Positions 37,520 to 46,756 of a stretch of 64,000 bases of DNA are shown here, one piece after another. The DNA is from Anaerolineales bacterium. GTDB lineage: Bacteria; Chloroflexota; Anaerolineae; Anaerolineales; UBA11579. Under the pieces are notes generated by a model. The model was given only the letters and a program-made list of their open reading frames with translations. It searched no databases and had not been told where the DNA came from. The DNA is taken from positions 386,234 through 450,233 of the forward strand of contig JAHCIJ010000002.1 in the NCBI GenBank assembly GCA_026129255.1, read 5' to 3'. Each line of letters begins with the position of its first letter. Position 1 is the first letter of the stretch. A program made the position numbers and the translations under genes.

Positions 37520-37597
37520 GGTATCTAGCTCAGTCTACAAGAATCACATGCTGGCTGCCGCGCAGGCGCGGCAGCCAGCATGGTGGTCCTCAGTAGC

Positions 37598-38773
37598 TTA
37601 CTGGCTGGGGCCCTGCATCCCCTCTACAAGCTGGGGCAGATACCAGATCTGCTCGTCACTACCCACAGCGCCAGCGGCGATGTAGGCACTGCCATCTTGC
37701 AGGTTGATGGGGCCAGCCCACACGGCGACTTCGCCGCTGGCCAGCTTGCTGATGTAGTCGGCCAGGTTGGCGGCGGCCTCAGCACTCAGGCCGGGGCCGT
37801 TCAGCCAACCTACCGAAGTGCTGCTCAGGTCGCTCAGGTCATCCCAGTTGGGGCCATTCCACAACCAACTCTGGCTCCAGCGGCCCTCGGCCACGGCGGT
37901 TGCCACGGCGAGATAATCCGGCCCCCAGTTGAAGAAGGGCACACCCAGGCAGATGCTAGGTGCATTTTCGCATGCGCCCAGGTAGTCGTAGGGCACAGCC
38001 CACACGGCGTGGTCGGCGGCGGCACGCTGACCGGCCACATTGATGGCCTCGGTGGTGTCGATGCCGCTCAGCACGACGTCAACGCCGGTGTCGAGGAAGC
38101 TGCTCGTCACCTCGGTGGGGTCGCTGGTGACGCCGGGGATGTTGAACCAGAAGCCGATCCAGCTCACCGTGAACTCCAGGTCATCAGGGTCCTCGCCGCG
38201 GTAGGTCTCGTAGCAGTGCCGTGCGCCCAGGTAGGCCGAGGCGGTGAGGCGCAGCGTCTCATGGTTGATGAGCGGGCCAACGTAGCCCAGCTGGCCGGTC
38301 TGCGTGGTGAGCGCCGCGGCGCAGCCGGCGATGGCCTTCATCTCTTCCATGCGGCCCATGACGTTGCTCAGGTTGGCCGGGCCTTCTCCGGTGAGGGCGT
38401 CATCACCGGAGATATTGACGAAGGTCACATCCGGGTACTTGGCGGCCACCGTGGTGGTGTCTTCTTCGAACTCATCAGAGGTGGTGAAGATCAGCGTGGC
38501 GCCTTGCGCCACCATCTCATCCACTACGCCTTCCAGCGTGGCTTCGGGCTTGTCAGCCGGGTTGAGCAGATCGAATACGATCATCTCGGCGCCGGGCAGG
38601 TGTTCCACCACATACTGGCCGCCTTCGTAGTGCGCCTGGCTCCAGCCGTGGTCATTTTGCGGGCCGACCAGGATCATGCCAAATGTGAAGCCTTCACCAC
38701 TGGCGCCACCGCTGCCACAAGCGGCCAGCAGCAGGGCAACTAGGGCCACAAACAATATTCCCTTCTTATGCAT
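37598..38773 (-). CDS. BMP-family (PnrA/Med-like) ABC substrate-binding lipoprotein
   Basis: Lipobox 'LVALLLAACGSG'. 'FGMILVGPQNDHGWSQAHYEG' is typical of the BMP family. Confidence 0.85.
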   Translation of the reverse strand: MHKKGILFVALVALLLAACGSGGASGEGFTFGMILVGPQNDHGWSQAHYEGGQYVVEHLPGAEMIVFDLLNPADKPEATLEGVVDEMVAQGATLIFTTSDEFEEDTTTVAAKYPDVTFVNISGDDALTGEGPANLSNVMGRMEEMKAIAGCAAALTTQTGQLGYVGPLINHETLRLTASAYLGARHCYETYRGEDPDDLEFTVSWIGFWFNIPGVTSDPTEVTSSFLDTGVDVVLSGIDTTEAINVAGQRAAADHAVWAVPYDYLGACENAPSICLGVPFFNWGPDYLAVATAVAEGRWSQSWLWNGPNWDDLSDLSSTSVGWLNGPGLSAEAAANLADYISKLASGEVAVWAGPINLQDGSAYIAAGAVGSDEQIWYLPQLVEGMQGPSQ

Positions 38774-38802
38774 CTGTCTCTTCCTCCAAAAATGGTTGGT
38801 CA

Positions 38803-38853
38803 GAAAAATAAAAGCTGAGAAAGGTGAGCTGGTTTGCGGTCACCTCCTCAGCT
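38803..38853 (-). terminator. Intrinsic terminator/attenuator inside the 5' leader of the BMP ABC operon
   Basis: Minus strand: AGCTGAGGAGGTGA-12 nt-TCACCTTTCTCAGCT followed by TTTATTTTT, about 30 nt upstream of the SD 'GGAGGAAG'. Confidence 0.65.
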
Positions 38854-39027
38854 TGAATGGCTCAGGATAGGGAAAGACAAACGTCCCATCAGGATGATGG
38901 GACGTGGTTTTGGCTGGGTCTTACACTCCTCCCCGAGTAGCGATTTCTGCTCGGAGGGAGGAGAGAAACCGCGCATGCGTCCTCAGGGATTGGGCGTATA
39001 CATGGCGGGTAGAGTGAGTAAGGCCAC

Positions 39028-39056
39028 AATATACAGGCACTTTTTCGCAGAGTCAA
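39028..39056 (-). promoter_or_regulatory. Sigma-70-type promoter for the BMP operon leader
   Basis: Minus strand: TTGACT - 17 nt - TATATT. Confidence 0.6.
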
Positions 39057-39100
39057 GCGTTTTGCCAAAATTGGTACCAAAGTGGGTCTAGAATGGGCGC

Positions 39101-40048
39101 ATGACGCAAAAATCTGTGCTTGTTCTCGGCTGTGGCGTGTCTGGGCTGAGCAGCGGCATCCTGCTGCTGCAGGCCGGGCACGCCGTCACCCTCTGGGCGC
39201 GTGAGCTGCCGCCGCACACCACCTCCAACCAGGCCGCCGCGCTGTGGTTCCCGTATTTGGCCCAACCTATCGAGCGCGTAGCGCCCTGGGCCAGCCGCAC
39301 GCTGGCCTATTTTAGGCAGCATCTGCTGCCTGACCCGGCCAGCGGTTGCCGCCCGACCCTGGTGCAAGACCTGTATGCCCACCCGGTGGAGGCGCCCTGG
39401 TGGGCTGGGGCGGTGCAGGGCTACCGGCGGCTGGCCGCCGCCGAGCTGCCGGCGGGGTATGTCGATGGTTTTGAGACCGAATCCATCGTGATTGATACCA
39501 GCGTGTACATGGATTACTTGGTGGCCTGGTTCCTGCGCCTGGGCGGGCAGATCGTGCAGCGCGAGGTGAGCAGCATCGAGGAAGCCACCGCCGAGAGCAC
39601 GCATATTGTGAATTGCACCGGCCTGGGCTCGCGACACCTGTTTGGCGACGAGAGCCTGCGCCCGGTGCGCGGCCAGGTGGTGAAGGTGCGCCCGAATGGG
39701 GTGGTGCACAGCATCCTGGACGATGAAGGGCCGAACGGGCTGGGCTACATCATCCCGCGCAGCGCCGATGTGGTGCTGGGCGGCACGGCGCAGGCCGACG
39801 ACTGGGATACCAACGTGCGCGCCGCAGACCAGGCCGAGATTCTGCGCAAGGCCGCCAACCTACACCCCGCCTTCGCCGAGGTCGAGATCGTCTCCGCCGG
39901 TGTCGGCCTGCGCCCGGTGCGCCACGAGGTGCGCCTGGAGGCAGAGCGCATCGGCGGGGCGCTAGTGGTGCACAACTATGGCCACGGCGGGGCGGGTTTT
40001 ACGCTGAGTTGGGGCTGCGCGGAAGAAGCAGCTTCGCTGATTGCTTAG
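39101..40048 (+). CDS. D-amino-acid oxidase family FAD oxidoreductase
   Basis: 'VLVLGCGVSGLSSG' dinucleotide fold. The C-terminal 'HNYGHGGAGFTLSWGCAEEA' matches the DAAO signature. Confidence 0.8.
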   Translation: MTQKSVLVLGCGVSGLSSGILLLQAGHAVTLWARELPPHTTSNQAAALWFPYLAQPIERVAPWASRTLAYFRQHLLPDPASGCRPTLVQDLYAHPVEAPWWAGAVQGYRRLAAAELPAGYVDGFETESIVIDTSVYMDYLVAWFLRLGGQIVQREVSSIEEATAESTHIVNCTGLGSRHLFGDESLRPVRGQVVKVRPNGVVHSILDDEGPNGLGYIIPRSADVVLGGTAQADDWDTNVRAADQAEILRKAANLHPAFAEVEIVSAGVGLRPVRHEVRLEAERIGGALVVHNYGHGGAGFTLSWGCAEEAASLIA

Positions 40049-40050
40049 CC

Positions 40051-40213
40051 TGTCATTGCGAGGAGTGCGCAACGAAGTTGCGCTGACGAAGCAATCTTCC
40101 CGCTCAATAAACTTCAAACTCGAGGTTGCGTTTCTGCTGGGTAGTAAGATTGCTTCGTCCGTTGCGCCGTGCTGCACTCCATGCAGCATGGCGCATACTC
40201 CTCGCAATGACAG
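40051..40213. repeat. MITE-like long inverted repeat (GTCATTGCGAGG family)
   Basis: Left arm TGTCATTGCGAGGAGT...GACGAAGCAATCTT. Right arm AAGATTGCTTCGTC...ACTCCTCGCAATGACA. Confidence 0.8.
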
Positions 40214-40225
40214 GCAGAAGAGCGA

Positions 40226-40338
40226 GTCATTCCGAGGAGTGTGCTGCGTAACAACGCCGACGAGGAATCCTTTAGGGCATTCGAAAACCAGGTTGATTTT
40301 TCTTGCCCTAAAGGATTCCTCGCTTCGCTCGGAATGAC
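40226..40338. repeat. MITE-like inverted pair of the GTCATTCCGA...GAGGAATCCTTTAGGGCA unit
   Basis: GTCATTCCGAGG...GAGGAATCCTTTAGGGCA - 23 nt - TGCCCTAAAGGATTCCTC...CGGAATGAC. Confidence 0.85.
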
Positions 40339-40355
40339 GTCATGAACGTGTGTAT

Positions 40356-40388
40356 AAAAAGAGCGCTGCATTGCAGTGCTCTTTTTTT
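40356..40388. terminator. Bidirectional terminator between dao and pckA
   Basis: AAAAAGAGCGCTGCA-T-TGCAGTGCTCTTTTTTT. Confidence 0.75.
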
Positions 40389-40446
40389 GTCAAATCTTTG
40401 TGGCCAAAGATTTACTTTGTGTTCTTTGTGCCTTTGTGGTTCGCGG

Positions 40447-42121
<1,675 letters not shown>

Positions 42122-42211
42122 TCAAGCTCCTCTAGCTTTTTAGTTGTGGAAACAGCCTAAAAATTGTATCAGCAATCTATAGGCGGTTAGAATCGCTGCC
42201 GCGAGGGCACA

Positions 42212-43600
42212 ATGAAACATCAGACGAATAATCTAAAGAAAAACCATCTCATCCACACCGAGGAACTTGAGCGCCAGCTGCGCGCCGCGCTGGAGCGCCG
42301 CCAGGCTACAGCGCTCAAAGCCGTCCTCCAGGGCCAGCACCCCGCCAACATTGGCGATGTGCTCGAGCGCCTCAACGTGGCCCAGCGCCGCCGTGTCTTC
42401 AACGCGCTGGAACTGGCGCGCCAGGCGGATGTACTGGCCGAGCTGGCGCCTAACCTGGTGCGCGATGTGGCTGGCCCGCTGAAGGTGGGCCAGATCGCCG
42501 CCATCGTGGATGCCATGCCCATGGATGAGGCCGCCTACATCATCCCCATGTTCCCGCGCCGCCGCAGCGCCATCCTCGAGGCGGTGGAGCCCAAGCATGC
42601 CCTCGATATCCAGCGTCTGCTGCAATACCCTGTGCACAGCGCCGGGCGCATGATGACCGAGAAGTTTGTGCGCGTGCACAAAGACTGGCGCGCCGCCGAT
42701 ACGCTGGTGCGCCTGCGCCGCATGAATGCCGATGTGGAAACACTGAACAATCTCTACGTAGTGGATGATGAGGAGCGCCTCGAAGGTGTGGTCTCGCTGC
42801 GTGAGGTGGTGGTGGCGCCGGCGCGCAAGAAGCTGGGCGAGCTGATGAATACGCAGCTGGTCAGCGTGACCCCCGAGACCGACCGTGAAGATGTGGCGCG
42901 CCTGCTCTCGCACTACGACTACCTGTCCATGCCGGTGCTCGACCCCGGCGGGCGTATGCTCGGCATCATCCCCGTAGACGATGTCATCGACGTGCTGGCC
43001 GCCGAGAGCACCGAAGATATTTTGCGCTTCGGTGGTGTGGAAAGCGGCCCGGTAGACCAGCCCTATTTCACCATCTCCATCAAGAACGCCATCTCGCGCC
43101 GTATCGGCTGGCTGCTGCTGCTGTTCGTGGCCGAGACGCTGACCGGCATGGTGCTGCGTCATTTTGAGAGCGAGCTGGCCGCCGTGGTGGCGCTCTCGTT
43201 CTTCATCCCGCTACTGATCGGCACCGGCGGCAACACCGGCGCCCAGACCGTCTCAACGCTCATCCGTGGTCTGGCGCTGGGCGAGGTGACCCTGCGTGAC
43301 AGCTGGAAGGTCATCGGCCGCGAACTGCTCAGCGGCCTGATCATCGGCCTGCTGCTGGGCACGGTCTCGTACATGCGCGCCAAGTTCTGGGGCTCCAGCG
43401 ATGCGCTGGCCCTCACCGTCTCGCTCTCGGTGCTGGTGATCTGTACTTGGGCCAACACCATCGGCTCGCTGATCCCGCTGCTAGCGCAGCGCTTCAAGAT
43501 CGACCCAGCCGCCGTCAGCGCTCCACTCATCACCACACTGGTGGATGCGACGGGCTTGGCGATTTATCTCTATATTGCCAAGGCCGTGATGGGACTTTAG
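42212..43600 (+). CDS. mgtE: Magnesium transporter MgtE
   Basis: MgtE N-domain, tandem CBS domains ('MTEKFVRV...', 'MNTQLVSV...'), and a TM domain 'PLLIGTGGNTGAQ'. Confidence 0.9.
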   Translation: MKHQTNNLKKNHLIHTEELERQLRAALERRQATALKAVLQGQHPANIGDVLERLNVAQRRRVFNALELARQADVLAELAPNLVRDVAGPLKVGQIAAIVDAMPMDEAAYIIPMFPRRRSAILEAVEPKHALDIQRLLQYPVHSAGRMMTEKFVRVHKDWRAADTLVRLRRMNADVETLNNLYVVDDEERLEGVVSLREVVVAPARKKLGELMNTQLVSVTPETDREDVARLLSHYDYLSMPVLDPGGRMLGIIPVDDVIDVLAAESTEDILRFGGVESGPVDQPYFTISIKNAISRRIGWLLLLFVAETLTGMVLRHFESELAAVVALSFFIPLLIGTGGNTGAQTVSTLIRGLALGEVTLRDSWKVIGRELLSGLIIGLLLGTVSYMRAKFWGSSDALALTVSLSVLVICTWANTIGSLIPLLAQRFKIDPAAVSAPLITTLVDATGLAIYLYIAKAVMGL

Positions 43601-43606
43601 ACAAGC

Positions 43607-43635
43607 AAAAGCGTTTCCTTCCGGAAACGCTTTTT
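43607..43635 (+). terminator. mgtE terminator
   Basis: AAAAGCGTTTCC-TTCC-GGAAACGCTTTTT. Confidence 0.8.
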
Positions 43636-43645
43636 AAGCTTGACA

Positions 43646-43718
43646 TGCGTCCAGAAGGATTCGAACCCTCAACCTACTGATCCGAAGTCAGTTGCTCTAT
43701 CCGTTGAGCTATGGACGC
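43646..43718 (-). tRNA. tRNA-Arg (anticodon TCG)
   Basis: The reverse complement GCGTCCATAGCTCAACGGATAGAGCAACTGACTTCGGATCAGTAGGTTGAGGGTTCGAATCCTTCTGGACGCA folds as a cloverleaf. Acceptor GCGTCCA/TGGACGC, anticodon loop CT-TCG-GA, T-loop TTCGAAT. Confidence 0.9.
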
Positions 43719-43779
43719 CTGTAGGGAATTATACATCGCGGGTGACAGGAGTTTCGTCGGCGTGCGGAATAGCAACGCT

Positions 43780-43809
43780 TTGTACAGGAAAGGATTTTCA
43801 AATTACAAT
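43780..43809 (+). promoter_or_regulatory. Possible promoter for the WXG-like gene pair
   Basis: TTGTAC - 18 nt - TACAAT, about 20 nt upstream of the ATG at 43830. Confidence 0.3.
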
Positions 43810-43829
43810 TTGAAGCAAGAGGGACACAT

Positions 43830-44795
43830 ATGGGCGTAATTTATGTTAATCCATCTGCTTTAGATGATTCAGCTCAAAAACTGCAGTATTCTGGCAGCTA
43901 TCTTGGGCAAGCGTCACTCATACTAAGTGCTCAGTCGGCGTCCGCGCCAAGCTACGAAGGTCAATTTGGGCCATGGGTAGGTTCAATTGCTGCTGAGGCA
44001 CGTGGACAAGCAAAAAATATAGAAAAAGCAGTGGCTGAACTCGCTGTAAGAGTTGCTCGAAAATCTGCACAGTTTCGTGAAGTCGATGGTCAAGCTGCCT
44101 CTCAGTTGATGTTGATGTGTAATGCCGCACAAGAATTGGAAAATGGCGATTCGAGTGTGATGGGTTGGCCCACATTGTTGTCAAGCACCAACCATCTACT
44201 GTGGGCACCCTTGCTTGCAGGGCTAGGACTTCCCTTCTTGGCTCCGTTTCTTCTTACAACTGTAACTATGGGGCCGGGCCAGGAAATTAATCTGGAACGA
44301 GATAGTAAGGGTGTAACAAAGGCAGAATTTAAACAGCAAATATATGAGACTAATCTCTTCGGAGGTGAAGACGGAGCCGTCGCTACTAAGTGGGGAGGCT
44401 ATAAAGGTAGCTATGCTTTCGGAAAATTCGCCGCAGGCGTTGCTGCTGAAACCCCTGGGAATCTTGGGCCATATGTAGAATTCTCTACAGTTAAATTTGA
44501 AGGTAGTGTTGCTCGCGGCACCCGAGAATTTGGAGGTGCCTTGGGGGGTGAGGTTAAACTTGCTTCTGCAGAAGCCATGCTCGGCGCTCGTGATGGCTCG
44601 TTTGGGGGCAAAATTGGTGTCAATGTTGCCTCAGTTGAAGGGACAGCTGGTATGAATCTCGCTGGCAATTATGTAGGTGCCACAGCAGAGATTGGTCTTA
44701 AGTGGGAGCTAGGATTCTCGATTGGGGAGACTACGAAGATTGATTTTGGGCCGTTTTCAGTTGGTATTAGGATTAGTGAGGCAATTGGACTCTGA
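43830..44795 (+). CDS. WXG100/LXG-like N-terminal domain protein with a central hydrophobic segment and a Gly-rich C-terminal domain
   Basis: 'VIYVNPSALDDSAQKL...YEGQFGPWV...AVAELAVRVARKSAQFREVDGQAASQL' parallels the ESAT-6/YukE layout (IxVxPxxL..A, WxG-like turn, C-terminal helix). Then 'LLWAPLLAGLGLPFLAPFLL' and Gly-rich repeats. Confidence 0.55.
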   Translation: MGVIYVNPSALDDSAQKLQYSGSYLGQASLILSAQSASAPSYEGQFGPWVGSIAAEARGQAKNIEKAVAELAVRVARKSAQFREVDGQAASQLMLMCNAAQELENGDSSVMGWPTLLSSTNHLLWAPLLAGLGLPFLAPFLLTTVTMGPGQEINLERDSKGVTKAEFKQQIYETNLFGGEDGAVATKWGGYKGSYAFGKFAAGVAAETPGNLGPYVEFSTVKFEGSVARGTREFGGALGGEVKLASAEAMLGARDGSFGGKIGVNVASVEGTAGMNLAGNYVGATAEIGLKWELGFSIGETTKIDFGPFSVGIRISEAIGL

Positions 44796-45595
44796 TGAGC
44801 GTAGTCAAGCAATCACTTGTTGTTCCTCATAGCGCTATGGTTGCCATGCTACACCACTATGGAAAGAGCGGTTTTGTTGGTGTGCGCTTTAGCGAGTTTC
44901 AAGAAGACCAAGGGCTGGCAGTTGAGGTGGGAAAAGGCATACAGGTGTTAAAACAAATGGGTTGGGCGACGTCTACTTCTCCTCTTGTTTTGGATGCAGT
45001 CTTTGAGACAACAATTCGTTCCTTGCTGTTCCGTCAGCTTGCCTTGCTCGTTGTTTTGATGGAGAGAGGTTCCACTTATTCCCTGAGCTTCAATAGAAAT
45101 GTAGAAGAATATGAAGAATATATTGAACACTATGTGAACAAAGAAGGCAGTCATGTGCTTACTCGACACACAGGCTATCAAGAGGTAATTTCACGTGTCG
45201 CTGATCTGATTCCTCTAGAGCCAGTTATCCGCGAGGAGCGGCCGACAATTGCGTTGGAGACGGGATTCGTGTCGGAACTTGTTGAGTTGCCGAGGAACGA
45301 TAGTTCCTTGCAGAAGGTGGCACAGATGTTGAGCAGCTATACAAAGGACGAAGAGCTTGTTTCCAGACTTTCTAGGGCTTTACTATCTCCTGTATTTACG
45401 GCTTCGGTCGCATTGATTGAGCTTGAAGGAGATGAGGCTTCACAAGCTTCATCATTCACAGTTTTTGCTGATGAAAACTCCGCCTGGGGGATTTGGCCCA
45501 AGAGTTTAGAGCCGCCAATGGTTTGGGTCATGCCCTCCGATGTGAATGATGTCAAGTCCTGTTTGACAGATTGGTTTCAGCAACGCGTTAGCTAA
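44795..45595 (+). CDS. Cytoplasmic partner protein (immunity or EspG-like chaperone candidate)
   Basis: The ATG overlaps the upstream TGA (TGATG). No TM segments. The tail 'FTVFADENSAWGIWPKSLEPPMVWVMPSDVNDV' loosely recalls the EspG-family C-terminus. This is from memory only. Confidence 0.4.
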   Translation: MSVVKQSLVVPHSAMVAMLHHYGKSGFVGVRFSEFQEDQGLAVEVGKGIQVLKQMGWATSTSPLVLDAVFETTIRSLLFRQLALLVVLMERGSTYSLSFNRNVEEYEEYIEHYVNKEGSHVLTRHTGYQEVISRVADLIPLEPVIREERPTIALETGFVSELVELPRNDSSLQKVAQMLSSYTKDEELVSRLSRALLSPVFTASVALIELEGDEASQASSFTVFADENSAWGIWPKSLEPPMVWVMPSDVNDVKSCLTDWFQQRVS

Positions 45596-45693
45596 CTTTT
45601 GAGTGATACTCTCCTTATTGGCTTGCCTGCTAATTGTTGCAATTGATATGCTTGAAGCCCAGTTGTTTCATTTGCCGTCTTAAGTCCAACTTG

Positions 45694-46695
45694 ATGCCCA
45701 CTTCTACCTCCCGCCAACACACCACCTGGGGCTTCGTAGCCGCCGGCAAGATGGCCGCCGCCATGGCGCGCGATCTGCGCCATGCGCCCGGCAACCGCAT
45801 CGGCGGCGTCGTGTCGCGCACGCCTGAGTCTGCCGCCGTCTTTGTGCGCCAGTTCGGCGGGCAGGCGTACGCTACGCTGGACACCATGCTGGCTGACCCG
45901 GGCATCGATGTCGTCTACGTCTCCTCACCCAACAACTTGCATTATGAGCAAACAAAAGCGGCCTTGCTGGCGGGCAAACCCGTGCTGTGCGAGAAGACCT
46001 TCACCCTCAACGCACCGCAATTGGCCGAGCTGATCGAGATTGCGCGCGGCCGCCAGCTCTTCCTGATGGATGCGATGTGGGTGCGTTGGCTTCCGTTGGT
46101 CTCCACTTTGCGCGAACTGCTGCAGCGCGGCGCCATCGGCCAGCCGCTGCAGCTGCATGCCGCCTTCCACTCCCTGCCGCCCATCGCCGCCGGTAATCGC
46201 TTCTACTCCCCGGCCCTCGGCGGCGGGGCGCTGCTCGACCTCGGTATCTACCCCGTCTCCTTCGCCAGCCTGGTGTTCGGCGCCCAGCCGCAGGAGATCC
46301 TCTCCAAGGCGGAACTGGCACCCACCGGGGTGGATACGCGCTTCTCGGCCATCTTCCACTACGCCAACGGCGGCGTGGCGCAGCTGGCGGCCAGCTTTGT
46401 GGGCCGCATGCGCCACGACATCATGATTTTGGGCAGCGAGGGCAACATTCGCATCGAGATGGATCGCGGCGGTTGGAAGATGCGCCGCCTACACCTGCAG
46501 CAAGGGGGTGGCACGCGTACCCTCACCGCGCCCTACAAGGGCGAGGGCTACGGCTACCAGGCCGCCGAGGTGCGCCGTTGCCTGCAAGCCGCTCTCCTGG
46601 AAAGCGAAACCATGCCGCTCGACGAGTCGCTGGCTATCTTGCGCACGCTGGATACGCTGCGTGCGCAGTGGGGTATGCGCTACCCGGGTGAGTAG
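45694..46695 (+). CDS. Gfo/Idh/MocA-family oxidoreductase
   Basis: 'WGFVAAGKMAAAMARDL' Rossmann N-terminus, 'VYVSSPNNLHYEQ', 'GKPVLCEKT'. Confidence 0.85.
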   Translation: MPTSTSRQHTTWGFVAAGKMAAAMARDLRHAPGNRIGGVVSRTPESAAVFVRQFGGQAYATLDTMLADPGIDVVYVSSPNNLHYEQTKAALLAGKPVLCEKTFTLNAPQLAELIEIARGRQLFLMDAMWVRWLPLVSTLRELLQRGAIGQPLQLHAAFHSLPPIAAGNRFYSPALGGGALLDLGIYPVSFASLVFGAQPQEILSKAELAPTGVDTRFSAIFHYANGGVAQLAASFVGRMRHDIMILGSEGNIRIEMDRGGWKMRRLHLQQGGGTRTLTAPYKGEGYGYQAAEVRRCLQAALLESETMPLDESLAILRTLDTLRAQWGMRYPGE

Positions 46696-46706
46696 TACAT
46701 AGAGAC

Positions 46707-46743
46707 AAAAAAGCCTCTGCCAACGGCAGAGGCTTCTTTTTAT
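46707..46743. terminator. Bidirectional terminator
   Basis: AAAAAAGCCTCTGCC-AAC-GGCAGAGGCTTCTTTTTA between convergent genes. Confidence 0.8.
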
Positions 46744-46756
46744 TGCAGAAACAAAG

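Noticed and set aside
37580-38743. 387-aa plus-strand ORF opposite the BMP binding-protein gene. Similar antisense ORFs occur at 2798..4165, 18955..19863, 49134..50165, 56975..57895, 57923..59059, 59824..60783, 61686..62519 and 62580..63635.
   Set aside because: In each case the opposite strand carries a gene with clear family motifs, and the antisense products are Arg/His/Gly-rich with no motifs. They are a GC-driven open-frame artefact.
38834-39091. Short ORFs (85 aa on the plus strand, 63 aa on the minus strand) in the BMP-operon leader region.
   Set aside because: They overlap the hairpins and terminator, lack SDs and have odd composition. A leader-peptide attenuation mechanism cannot be fully excluded.
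40041-40371. ORFs 40041..40337 (+) and 40114..40371 (-) between dao and pckA.
   Set aside because: They lie wholly within MITE-like inverted repeats. These are the typical spurious peptides generated by such palindromes.
42122-42211. M-box (Mg) riboswitch upstream of mgtE.
   Set aside because: The intergenic region is only ~90 nt, too short for the ~160-nt M-box. No matching conserved segments were recognised.
43646-45600. Classical tRNA-integrated genomic island with integrase and att direct repeats.
   Set aside because: There is no integrase. The AT-rich genes lie on the 5' side of the tRNA. I could not find a copy of the tRNA 3' end at the far boundary by eye. It is therefore reported only as a compositional islet.
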